The position numbers and the translations under genes are program-made. From the NCBI GenBank assembly GCA_951406725.2, contig OX597816.1:133052001-133116000 (forward strand): DNA of 64,000 nt, written 5' to 3'. This document shows, in pieces, positions 12,481 through 25,747 of this stretch. This stretch comes from Octopus vulgaris. Lineage: Eukaryota. How positions within the stretch are numbered: the stretch's first letter is position 1; every line of letters begins with the position of its first letter. Under the pieces are notes generated by a model that ran no database searches, had not been told where the DNA came from, and saw only the letters and a program-made list of their open reading frames with translations.

Positions 12481-14929
12481 TATGTCCATCTTTTAATTTT
12501 ATTTAACAGTCATTAATTTTATGTTAGTATTGGTTGGGAAGGAAAAAACAACAACAACAACAACAATGAAAGCACTTCTGTTCTTTGGTCATTTTCTAAT
12601 TATTGTTTTATCAGTTTTTTAATTCTTTGATTGTATTTGACAATTCTTCTCATGTCAAGTGTTACTTGATTACTTTTGATCATAAATCTTTGATGTTGTC
12701 TATCAGTCAATGTCTTCCATAGATATACAAAGATGTTTTTGAAGAATGTGATTTATTTAACATGAAACAATGTCAAAAATTCATAGCATTATTCATAGGA
12801 TGCAGTTATCATCTATAAAACTTCTGACCATCTTTCATGTAACTACATCCATCCTGTAGTTACACCGCAAGCATTGATTTAAAAGTGTCTGTCTTACATA
12901 CTGAATATTGTCACTGACATTACTGAGGTTATAATAAAGATCTCTATATAATGAATATTATATTTTGTTGTAGTAATATATGTCAGTACTTTAATGAATC
13001 AGTCTGGTACACAACTGTAAAGAAAGTGGTTACAAAATTAGCATCACTCTTTACATTTACTTTCTAATAAAGATATTGATTTGACTTGTCTGCAAGACAA
13101 ATTCTCACAATTTCTTTTTCCTGATGCTGGCACCTTTATTATTTGCTAGATATGTTAGGCCAGTGCTAAATATTTTGTTTCACTCAATTGTCTATGTCAA
13201 TATTTTTATCTGAAAAAAATAATTTCATTAAAAAAATTTTTCCGTTTTGAAAAGAAGCCATGAAATAGTAGTTAAAATTTGTGTGGGAGTGTATGAGAAA
13301 AATAGCTTTGTTAATGTCTTATTTTATAATGTTGCATCCAAGTTATTGATTTAAGTGATGTATCATTTATGACCCACTCAAATCTAATAATGTATTATTA
13401 TAGACTTAGTGGATTAAACAATTTAATGGCTGACTCCTTAATGGTAGATGATTTACAGTTTGGAAAAAAAAAGAAGATTCAATCAATATATTGATATCAA
13501 ACATTTCAATTTTAAATGATTCCATCCTCTCGCCAGTTATATATGCACCATGCCTTTACGTCAGATTGTGCTGTTGTGGACACTAGTACGTCACAAAGGC
13601 TCTTGTCTGTTTATTGAAATGTGGGTGAGTGAATAAACTTATTATAGGCTGTTGAATATCATAAAAGCACTGATGCTTCAGACTCCAGACTATTGTATAC
13701 TATGGAGGAATTCATGTCAGACACTACATGACTAAAACACGTTATGGATATTTGTACATTAATAACAGCCATTTTCACTTCTTCTGCCTAAAAGCAGTTT
13801 AATTTGCTGAAAATAGCATCCATTTCCATTTCAAGATTAAATGGTTGCTTCAATAATTCATTGACAAGTATCAAAAACAGGAATGATTCACTCATTTTGT
13901 TTTAGCTCAGACTGGAAGTGGTATGATTATTAAAAATAAAAGTCAAATAGCAAATTAGCCATATATACATGTATGTGACTCTATATGGTATTGAGTAAAT
14001 GGTGAAGCCTATCTGGAGTCACCCAACCAGCTAAAAATAATAGCAAACACTCCCTCAAGTTATATCATACTCTCTTAAAAAAGGAGCATTATAGAAAGTG
14101 TTATTTATAACATGATAATATTATACATCTTATTGTATTATATTGGTTTCAAATTTTGGCACAAGGTCAGTCATTTCAAGAAAGGGGCTAAGTTAATTAC
14201 ATCAATCCCAGTGCTCAACTGGTACTTGTTTTATTGACTCCAAAAGGATAAAAGGCAAAGATGACCTTGGCAGAATTTGATCTGAGAATATAAAGATGAA
14301 CAAAATGCCCCTCAGCATTTTGCCTGGCATGCTAATGATTCTGCCAGCTCGCTGCCTGGCCTTATTGTATAATATCAAAATATAATAAGGTAATATCATA
14401 ATCTTATAATATGATATAATAAGATGTGATATGAAAGGGATAAGTGCAATATGCATCTTTCAAATATAAGCACTTGAGAAGGGTATGCCTACACCTACTC
14501 TTCTCTGACCATATTTTATATTATTGTATTATTATCATTATTTTAATGTTTTTTCTATGATTGCTTGTTTATGCCTGTGTATATAAGTGTATAAACATAT
14601 ATGTATGTGTAGATGTGTATGTATATATGTGTATATATATACATGCACATATATACATGTAAACTTCCTAGACATCATGTTAGACTTCGGCTTCAGTTCA
14701 TTCAGCCCTACTGCAAACCAAACAAGAGGCTGTCCTATATCAGCACAGCCTCCTGCCACCCACGTATTATGTTCAGGATCCTAGTGATGGATGTCAGCAA
14801 AAGGATCTCGAACTTGTCCTCAAATCAGGAAATTTTTGATGACCCCTCTATTAAAACAAGGCCTACAAGGTCAACCACACAGTATAGTAGGGTCAGATGG
14901 GCACCATCTGTGAGTAAAACAGTACCATG

Positions 14930-15579
14930 ACACAAATCTGCCAGAAATTTGGAAACAACATGCTGTACTGCTTGGCATTCATGCCAGAGGCTTCTATACG
15001 GACATTTCAGAGTGTTTGAGTATCAATCTGAGAACAGTGCGATCTGAGGACATGTACTGAGAGTGATAAAAATCAAACATCCAGTTAACATCATTATGTT
15101 CGGAGTGATCACCAGTGATAGCGACATTATGCCTCCATTCATCTTCCCACATGGTCTCAGACTCAACACAGAGGCCTACATCAAGTGCCTGGAGGTGGTA
15201 GTGCTGCCTTCAGTGAAGAGGATGGCTGCTGGAAGACCTTATGTCTAGCAACAAGACTCTGCACCATGCCACACAAGCAGGAGAACCTAGTCATGGCTGT
15301 CAGATCATTTCTGCGACCACATCACCCCTAACATCTGGCCACCTAACTCCCCAGACTGCAACCCCTTGATTATTATGTGTGAAGCCCAGTTGAGTGAGAG
15401 ACCAACAAAATTCTTTGTAACAACAAAGATGAACTGAAGGCAAGGATTATGACAGCATTCACCAACTTAAACAAGGAGACCATCCAGAAGAGTCGTAGGA
15501 AATTCCAAAGTAGTCTGGAGGCCGTGGTTGAAGCCAATGGCAGTTTTATTCAATAAATTTCCTCTTTAGTATTTCAAGA
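14930..15579 (+). mobile_element. maT/DD37D transposase pseudogene fragment
   Basis: MFGVITSD...PPFIFPHGLRLN...GRPYV*QQDSAPCHT...IWPPNSPDCNPLDYY with 37 residues between the D residues (one frameshift near the end). The 3' end of the same family is at 53487-53673. Confidence 0.85.
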
Positions 15580-15602
15580 TGGGTTGGATGGTTTGACTGG
15601 GC

Positions 15603-17128
15603 TGATGTCAACAAGGGTCACAGCCCTGATGGCATACACCCACGGGTTATCAAAGCGTTGGCTCCGGTCATCTGTGAGCCCTTAACACGTCTATTCAATA
15701 TGTCATTGGCGACGGGTGTTATACCTGCGGACTGGAGAACAGTGATAATCTGCCCAATTTTCAAGAAAGGGAGCCGCGAAGACCCGCTTAACTACTGACC
15801 GGTTTCCCTTACATCAATAATCAGCAAGATATTCGAAACCATCCTTGAGAAAAGTATGATGCTCCACCTCCAAAACACAGCCTCTATCTCTGATTCCCAA
15901 CTCGGCTTCGTGCCGAAGAGATAATGGAAGAATTGGTGACGCGCATCCTCGATGATAGTGATGCTTTTGACATCGTTTTATTGGACTTTGCCAAAGCTTT
16001 TGATTCAGTAAACCACCGCCTATTACTTGTCAAGCTTCAAGCATATAGTTTTCATCCGGATATTGTACGATGGGTTGGTGCCTTCCTCTCAGACCGCTCC
16101 TTCCAAGTCCAAGTTAATGGTTCGCGGTCCGACGTCTCCAGTGCGAGCAGTGGCATGCCTCAAGGTTCAGTGCTTGGGGCCTTATTGTTCTTAGTCTTCA
16201 TAAATGACTTGCCTGACGACTTCATGCAACACACCCTTCTATTTGCCGACGATGTCAAACTGGTCGCTCCTCGCGTTGATATAGTGGATCTTCGTCGATG
16301 CCTCCACCAAATTTGGAGATGGTCTAACGAATGGGACCTGTGTCTCAATGTGTCAAAGTGCTGTCATCTGCCTGTTGGCTCTCCTCCTGCAACTCAACTT
16401 GATTTCAAGCCGGGTCGTCTGCTGCTGGAGAGGACCAATCAGGTAAAGGACCTGGGTATCTTGGTGGATTCCTCCTTTTCGCCTTCGGCCCAGTGCGTCC
16501 ATGCTGCCAACAAAGCACGCAGAATTCTGTTCTTGATTTGATGGTCATTCGGAATGCTTATAGCAGCCATATTCCTACCACTCTATGTCACGCTGGTGAG
16601 ACCCATATTAGAGTACGGGATTCAAGCCTCTTCTCCTTATCTCCTCAAAGACATACAGCATCTCGAAAGAGTCCAGAAGCTGGCTACCCGCATGGTCCTT
16701 GGTCTCAAGAATTTGTCTTATGAAGAAAGGCTGAAGACGCTCGACCTTTATTCTCTAGAAAAACGACGACGCCTTGGAGATCTCATTCTTGCTCACAACA
16801 TCATAAGTGGAAAGTGTAACCTCTCGAAAGAGCTGTTCTTCACTCCTGCTCCAGAGCGTCGGCTGCAGGGTCATTCCGAAAAGCTCTGTCTACGATGATT
16901 TCATCTTAATCGAAGGAGAGGGGCTTTCTCTGTCCGGGTTGCGGATCCGTGGAATAAGCTGCCAGACGAGATGGTGAAGATGCCGACGACCGCTCAGTTC
17001 AAAGTCTCCCTTGACTTCAAGTGGCCTGAACTCTTTACATGAACACCACCCTGTACATAACTCCATGTCCCCCTACATGGCCTTGCTTTTTGCTTTTTGA
17101 GCCAAAATTAACTAACTAACTAACTAAC
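15603..17128 (+). mobile_element. 5'-truncated CR1-group LINE (RT pseudogene) with (ACTA)n tail
   Basis: PDGIHPRV, LDFAKAFDSVNH, GMPQGSVLG, LFADDVK, VKDLGI and SYEERLKTLDLYSLEKRR; stops and frameshifts; inserted into a family C copy that resumes at 17129. Confidence 0.92.
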
Positions 17129-18598
17129 AAGCTGGAAGGCTGCACCAGACCCTAGTCTGTTTTGGCATGGTTTCTATGGCTAGATACCCTTCCTAACGCC
17201 AACCACTCCAAGATTGTAATGGGTGCCTTTATGAGCCACCGGCATGGGTAGCATTTGTATGACACCGGTATCTGTCACGACTGCAGTTTTACTTGGCTTG
17301 ATGCATCTTCTCAAGCACAGCATAATGTCAAATGGACTTGGTCATTGCCTCCATGAGGCCCAACATAAGTGCATGTATATATGTGTGTGTGTGCATGTGA
17401 GAGAGAGAGAGAGAGTGAGAAAGAGAGAGAGAGGGGGAAAGGGAGAGTGAGAGAGAGAAAAAGGAGAGGGGAAAGAGAGAGATAACATTGATTCCTTATA
17501 TTCTGTTTTGATCATAATTTAAGATTTATAAGAGAAAGTTGTTTCCACTCTTTAATCAGTTTTCTAATGTTTATTGCATATTAAAGTTAGTATTTCTGTT
17601 TTGTAATTTTTTTTCCAATTTCTACTATTTGAGTGTAGAATACTGAAAGTAGTGACTTGAATGTACAATATATTTTTTAATGATAGATTGTCTTATTCTG
17701 GGTATTCGTTGTTTCCTTATAATTAAATTGTGATTTTTAAAATGAAATATATTTTGCTAAGCATTATAAATGAGTGTCTGACACTGAAAACCTTTTATGG
17801 CAAGTCTTTTAAAGTATGTTTAATAATAATTTATATGATTCATAAAAATTTCCAAGAAGTTACAGAACTCATAACAACAGTATATCAATTATTGTCATAG
17901 AATTTTGCAGAAATTCTTACTCTTCATATCTGAGAAATATGAAAAAGTACGATAAGTGAATCTAATCACATTTTCTTGCCTAAGAGATTTGTTTGAAGTA
18001 GCCAAGTATTCAGAAACTAGGGCAAAAGAAGTGATTGATAATGTACGGAGCAAATATTATCAAGTAAAGAATCAGTGTTTCTCTTTCAAATATAAGTTTG
18101 AGAAATTCTGTTTAAAGAAAGAAAGAAAATAATTCTTTTTCAAACCTATATTTTAAATACCATTCTATTTAACATCATGAATGTGAAGAAATACGCTTCT
18201 AATACAAAAATTCTTAATATACTTTTATTCCTATTACAGAAAATGTCTTTCCTGGTCTAATTAAACTACAGAACTATACATTAATTCCTACTCAAACTAT
18301 TCTCTTTCATCAAATCTATAAATATTAAATCAAGTATAAATGGGAAAATATTCTAAATGATAGAAAAAAAATCAACCAATTTCTAATAAATTTAGCATTT
18401 CAACATTCACTCATAAGCATTTTGATTAATTCTTTTGGCTTTTCTTGTAAGTATAACAAGAGAGCATCAGTACATTATCCAAATCACAGATTGTAAACTA
18501 TTACAGGACTACAAATGGGATATTCATCAACTAGTAGCCTAACATCATTCCTACAGATCCACTGAAAAAAAAGCATTCAATAAAGATAAACAGATAAT

Positions 18599-18832
<234 letters not shown>

Positions 18833-19749
18833 CAAACAAACATAGTTATTTTTATTAAAAAGTTTAGGTCTAGAAATTTTTTTAGATCTCAATTTTACTT
18901 TAACTATCTGTCTTTTCCATGTCACCAGCTTTAGTTCTCTTCTGTGAAATGACAAATGTTAAGCTTTGAAGATGGTTATCATTGCTCAGTCTCATAACAA
19001 GCATGATTGAGCAGACCAATAATAATTAAATGCATGACCATTCTATCTTATTTTCAGGTATAATGCATCTAGGAATATATTATTCGGTATGTTGACCTGT
19101 TTTTAAGATGGTAAAATGTAATCTGATGGAGCTTTAGCCACCATTTTTAGCAGCTCAAATGTCTATGTAGAGCAGACATGGGGAACTTTTTAAGCACTAA
19201 GAGTGAACTGCAATAGTATAAAGCATAAAAAAATAGTGAGTAGGGGTTCTTCTGTGTTGAGTAAAACATTGAATCATTAATTTTATGCTTTCATAGATAT
19301 ACAATTTGATTGTAATCCATTCGGTCTGAATGGAATGGAATACACATGAATAAATATGTGTAGTATGTTTGTAGTGGTGTACAGATTCTATATATTAATA
19401 AATATATTCAATAATCCACAATTTTTGAAAAATTCCAAAAGGAATGAAAGTGCTAGAAGAACATATAACAATTCTTTCTACTATAGGCATATAGGCACAA
19501 GGCCAGAAATTTTGTGGGGAAGGTCTAGTCAATTACATTGACCCCAGTACTTCACTGGTATTTTTTTCAAGGCCAATATGCACTTGACTGGTATTTATCA
19601 ACCCTGAAAGGATGAAAGGCAAAATCAACCTTGGTGGAATTTGAACTCAGAACATAAAGACAGAAGAAATGCTAGGTAATTGTTTCCCCATCCTCAAGTA
19701 GCAGTTTCCTTATTACTCAGGTAGTTCCCTTAATAGAAAGAGTTAGCAT

Positions 19750-20320
19750 AATATTGTGTTGAGTAAAAAATCTTGCAATATTGTAGGAATTTAGTTGATT
19801 TATTCATAAAGTTGCAGCAAAAGCAGCCTAGAATTTAAAGTAGAGACCATCATCTGAAGCCACCTTTCTGTCAGTTTTTTTGATCCAGTTCTTGATACCA
19901 GTTCTTATCCTTCAAGGTGAAGAACTCCTTCACTGGAGCTTCCACCACTTCAGTATAGGAAGTGAGTCATGAAACAGAACAAGTAATAATCTGAGGGAGA
20001 TATATTTCCACAGTTCTAACATGCACGAGCAGTACTTAAACAAGAGCCAGCCTCCGGAATCTATCACCAAACATTGGCATTTTGAACACAAAGTGATGTA
20101 CTGTGTCTGATGGAATTATAAAGACATAATTCACTATAAGTTCGTTCCAGGCAGTTGAACCATCGTTGTCAGCCTGTACTCTGAACAGCTGGAGCAGATG
20201 TATGCCATTTTGTGGCAAACATACTCAAAATTGGTTAACAGAAAGTGAGCTCTTCTGCAACACGACAATGCAAGATCTCATCCTACTCAAACAATCCAGA
20301 ATAAACTCCAGGAAACTGCA
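19750..20320 (+). mobile_element. Decayed mariner transposase fragment with an inverted copy of its 3' end
   Basis: Plus strand LYSEQLEQM...LVNRK*ALLQHDNARSH; minus strand at ~19890-19960 reads EVVEAPVKEFFTLKDKNWYQ. Confidence 0.6.
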
Positions 20321-21200
20321 ACGATGATCTGAAACTCAACTGACGATAGAAAGCTCTGAATGACTCGTCCTTGTTTTTTCCTGTCCTTTTTTCTATCATC
20401 TAACTGTCCGAATGTTTTGTTGTCGTCTGTTACATTCTTGTTCCATTTTTTTGTCTTCTTTATATATCATCATCATCATCATCGTTTAGCATCCGCTTTC
20501 CATGCTAGCATGGGTTGGACGGTTCATCTGGGGTCTGGGAAGCCAGAAGGCTGCACCAGGCCCAGTCTGATCTGGCAATGTTTCTACGGCTGGATGCCCT
20601 TCCTAACGCCAACCACTCATATATATATATGAAAACACAGACACACACACGCATACATGCACATATATATATATATACACACATATATCTACATCTGTAG
20701 CTATCTATCCATATGTGTATGTATCGTTACTGTTTCCAATTTTATCTTCGTCTCTTGTTTTCCTATTCGTCTCTGTTGTCACATTCTTTCCTTCTACCAA
20801 AGAAATCTAATGCCCATAGCTTAGCTTTTCCTTGGGGCTGGCCGTTTTGGAGCAAATCTCAGAATTAAACAGCCGAAATTTGCCATGATGAATCGGTTTC
20901 TGACTGAAGAATGAAGGCTCTGAATGACTGTCTGTTTTCCGTGTTCGTCAATTCGTGTATTTCACGTTCTCTATATATAAAGTTTTATTCTATATATATA
21001 TATATATATATTATATAAAAGGGCTTAGTAAAATAAATTACTTTGCCGCATACTGAACTCATTAGAAATAGCAGCTAAAAAACTTTTTTAAAGCTATTTC
21101 TAATACTTAAAGAAAATCTCTCTCATATATAGTGTTTGCTTAATTCAACTCACAAAAGTTTGGGGGTAAGGACATCAATAAATCAAATGCTAAGGTTATT

Positions 21201-21252
21201 TGAGAACGTACGTTTCAAGATTAGTCAAAACAACACTTCTATCATCAGCTCA
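21201..21252 (-). ncRNA. Minimal type-I hammerhead ribozyme motif (copy 1)
   Basis: Reverse complement reads TGAG-CTGATGA-stem II-GAAAC-GTAC-GTT-CTCA. Confidence 0.72.
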
Positions 21253-21746
21253 GAAACTCCTTGGTTTGGATTTGGAAACACTGAAAGTAAGAACATACCC
21301 TTTCGAAGATCCGCTCGTAACTAACAGTGCCAACAAACCCAAATAAGCAAGCGAAGAATTTCTGTTCTCCCCTTTCCACCAGCGTGGGTTAAAATCATCA
21401 AACACTATGCTTATTTCGGTAAAATCCGAAGCAATTAATTAGAGGGAGATTAATTATAATTTCAACAATTGAGGGTAAAATTAATTAATTATTAATCAAT
21501 TTCACCAAGTGTTCAGTATGCAAAGGGACCATTTAAGGCGAATTCAAATTATTACATTATATAAAAGGGCTTAGTAAAATAAATTACTTTGCCGCATACT
21601 GAACTCATTAGAAATAGCAGCTAAAAAACTTTTTTAAAGCTATTTCTAATACTTAAAGAAAATCTCTCTCATATATAGTGTTTGCTTAATTCAACTCACA
21701 AAAGTTTGGGGGTAAGGACATCAATAAATCAAATGTTAAGGTTATT

Positions 21747-21798
21747 TGAGAACGTACGTTTCAAGATTAGTCAAAACAACACTTCTATCATCAGCTCA
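21747..21798 (-). ncRNA. Minimal type-I hammerhead ribozyme motif (copy 2)
   Basis: Same motif 546 bp from copy 1. Confidence 0.72.
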
Positions 21799-22296
21799 GA
21801 AACTCCTTGGTTTGGATTTGGAAACACTGAAAGTAAGAACATACCCTTTCGAAGATCCGCTCGTAACTAACAGTGCCAACAAACCCAAATAAGCAAGCGA
21901 AGAATTTCTGTTCTCCCCTTTCCACCAGCGTGGGTTAAAATCATCAAACACTATGCTTATTTCGGTAAAATCCGAAGCAATTAATTATATAATGTAATAA
22001 TTTGAATTCGCCTTAAATGGTCCCTTTGCATACTGAACACTTGGTGAAATTGATTAATAATTAATTAATTTTACCCTCAATTGTTGAAATTATAATTAAT
22101 CTCCCTCTAATTAATTGCTTCGGATTTTACCGAAATAAGCATAGTGTTTGATGATTTTAACCCACGCTGGTGGAAAGGGGAGAACAGAAATTCTTCGCTT
22201 GCTTATTTAGGTTTGTTGGCACTGTTAGTTACGAGCGGATCTTCGAAAGGGTATGTTCTTACTTTCAGTGTTTCCAAATCCAAACCAAGGAGTTTC

Positions 22297-22348
22297 TGAG
22301 CTGATGATAGAAGTGTTGTTTTGACTAATCTTGAAACGTACGTTCTCA
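22297..22348 (+). ncRNA. Minimal type-I hammerhead ribozyme motif (copy 3)
   Basis: TGAG CTGATGA tAGAAGTgttgttttgACTaaTCTt GAAAC GTAC GTT CTCA: stem I TGAG/CTCA, palindromic ACGTACGT stem III region, GUU site. Confidence 0.75.
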
Positions 22349-22630
22349 AATAACCTTAGCATTTGATTTATTGATGTCCTTACCCCCAAACTTTTGTGAG
22401 TTGAATTAAGCAAACACTATATATGAGAGAGATTTTCTTTAAGTATTAGAAATAGCTTTAAAAAGTTTTTAGCTGCTATTTCTAATGAGTTCAGTATGCG
22501 GCAAAGTAATTTATTTTACTAAGCCCTTTTATATAATGTAATAATTTGAATTCGCCTTAAATGGTCCCTTTGCATACTGAACACTTGGTGAAATTGATTA
22601 ATAATTAATTAATTTTACCCTCAATTGTTG

Positions 22631-22689
<59 letters not shown>

Positions 22690-23006
22690 ATTGTCTTGTT
22701 GATTGTTCCTTCTTGAGCCATGCCTGGCTCATAAGGGCTGGTTTCCCAGTTTCATTGGTGTATAGGTTTCCCACCTGGACAGGATGCCAGTCCATTACAG
22801 GTGAGCTGCTAAATGCAGGATGAAAGAGTGAGAGAAAGTTGTGGCAAAAGAGTCAGCAGAAGTTCGCCATTACCTTCTGCCGGAGCTGCATGGAGCATAA
22901 GTTGCTTCGCTCATAAATACACACTTCACCCAGTCTGAGATCCAAACCCACGATCCCTTGGCCGCGAGTTTGCTGCTCTAACCACTAAGCCATGTACCCC
23001 CACACG

Positions 23007-23038
<32 letters not shown>

Positions 23039-24081
23039 CGTACACACGTTCATATACATACACACATCATCAGCATCATTGTCATTTAATGTCTATGCTT
23101 CATGCTGATGTAGGTTGGATGGTATAACAGGCCCAGTTGGGCTGAAGGGCTGCAATGCGCTCTAGTATCTGTTAGGCATAGTTTGTATGACTGGATGCCC
23201 TTCCTAATGCCAGTTGCCTTACAGTGTGTGCTGGGTGCTTTTTCTATGCTGCCAGTACTAGTGAGGTTGCCATGCAGCTTGCAAGACTATAAACATAGAG
23301 TGGAACATAGAGAGGGAAGTGGGAACTTTTTGTTAGGAGATTAAGGAGCAGAGAGGGGTAAAGTATGAGAGAAAATGGCCAAAATAGAAAAAGTTTTTTG
23401 CAGAAGTGGAACTGCAAGAATATTAACCTTTTAGAAGAGAGGGTAGGAGTGCAGTATAGAGCTGGAAATTGAAGATGAGATGCTGGGTTGGGCCTCCAAG
23501 ATACAAGATGGGTTAGGAATAAGTGGGGCAGGGGTGCCAAGAAGGAGTGGGAGGAGTGGAGGATGTCTGATGGTGGGGTAGCAGAATAGAAATGATGATG
23601 CATATTCTTTTTATTTTCACTTGTTTCAGTCATTAGACTGTGGCCTTGCTGGAGCACAGCCTTGAAGAATTTTAGTTAAACCCCAGTACTTATTTTCTTT
23701 TTAAGCCTGTTACTTATTCTGTCATTCTCCTTCACCAAACTGCTAAGTTATGGGGATGTAAACACACCAACACCAGTTATCACAAACACACATACATACA
23801 TACATACATACATACATACATACATACAATACATACATACATACACGCATGCATATATATATGTATATATATAGTTGAAATTTACAGAAAAACAAAAGAC
23901 AAAGACATGTGTATAAACAACAGGCTGGTGTATTAGTTTGATGCCTGGAAAGGTAAGAAAGACTTTTACATTTTGAGCCGATGCTCTTCAACAGAAAGGA
24001 ACACAGCGAAATAAGCAGAGAGAGAAGAAAAAGTTTTTGGAGTTAGTGGTCAGTTATGGTGACTGGCTGGATGAAGGTAGT

Positions 24082-24113
<32 letters not shown>

Positions 24114-24663
24114 ACAGCTTTGTTTCAGTTTCTGCTTACCGAATTCGTTCAAGACTTTGATTGGCCTGAGACTATTGTTGACGACACTTACCAAAGGAAA
24201 GCAAACTTCTTACCGCACAACCATGTCTGAGCGAATCTATGCTTGCATAATGAAGCTGACCCTTCCACTGATCAGCAAGATTGATCCCCTCCACCCCATA
24301 TATATATATATTTATATGTCTATCAAATCCACTCACAAGGCTTTGGTTGGCTCAAGGCTATAGTAGAAAACACTTGCCCATGGTGCCACACAGTGGGTTT
24401 GAACTTGGAACCATGTAGATAGGAAGCAAACTTCTTAACATCCAGCTATGTTTGTACCTGTTAATTTAAGATTTATGTTTTAAAGAAATTTATGAACAAC
24501 AACAGAATATTTATGGATGCAAAGTCTCATTTCTAACTGTAGACACAAATTTCTTGAATGGGGTTATTCGGACAAATCATTTGGACTAGCTGAATAATCT
24601 GTCAGGCAGTCCCTTGTCCCAGTCATAATACATCTTATGATACATGCATGCATACATACATGT

Positions 24664-24745
<82 letters not shown>

Positions 24746-24773
24746 GTATACATATATACATATATGTATATAC

Positions 24774-24835
<62 letters not shown>

Positions 24836-25747
24836 TATATATATACTCTTTACTCTTTTACTTGTTTCAGTCATTTGACTGCAGCCATGCTGGACCACCG
24901 CCTTTAATCGAACAACTCGACCCCGGGACTTATTCTTTTGTAAGCCCAGTACTTATTCTATCAGTCTCTTTTACCGAACCACTAAGTAACGGGGACATAA
25001 ACAAGCAATGCTAGGGGGACAAACACAGGCACACAAATACATACACACATATATATATACACATATATACGACGGGCTTCTTTCAGTTTCCGTCTACCAA
25101 ATCCACTCACAAGGCTTTGGTCAGCCCGAGGCTATAGTAGAAGACACTTGCCCAAGGTGCCATGCAGTGGGACTGAACCCAGAACCAAGTGGTTGGTAAA
25201 CAAGCTACTTACCACACAGATGAAAAATAATGATGAGAGACAAACGATAGCTTACTAAAATATATTCTGTTGTAAAATTAATATGTGCACAAAATCATGT
25301 GCTAAAAATATATACATATATATAAATACACTTAAAAGTATATTAAAAATACATTAAGAATATATAGATAAAAAATATATAAATATGCTAAGAATGTATT
25401 GAGAACATATAATATATATAGTCCTACTTATAATAAAAACGGTGTTAAAATTATATATGCACAGGATGAGTGAAGTATAGAGAATATTGTAAATCCATAA
25501 AGATGTTTATAGCTCGTTAAAACCTGACAGCCGTTTCTGGGGGCATTGTGGTACAAAGATGTAATAGAATTTAAGTTCCATTAACTTAATATCACTGCCT
25601 CCTTCTTCAGGGAATTTTCCAAATTCCCTGAAGGCTACATTTGTCATGCACTATAGTGAAATTCAATGTTCACAGCCTTTATAAAGAAATATACTTATTA
25701 TTATGGTGGGTGGATGTTAGGTATGTAATTTTTATTTATTTATTTAT

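Larger units (their letters stand above)
21011..22638. mobile_element. Tandem plus inverted array of a 546-bp non-coding unit carrying a hammerhead ribozyme (Penelope-like pLTR / retrozyme-like)
   Basis: Unit 1 21011-21556; truncated unit 2 21557-21987; inverted full unit 21985-22528; inverted 110-bp tail 22529-22638. Copies differ at only a few bases; flanked by (TA)n. Confidence 0.9.

Noticed and set aside
15924-16898. Functional reverse transcriptase gene
   Set aside because: 5'-truncated with stops and frameshifts; treated as a dead LINE copy.
21136-22413. Thrice-repeated 62-aa ORF MLNSTHKS...
   Set aside because: TTG start, no recognisable motif, antisense to the hammerhead; repeated only because the unit is.
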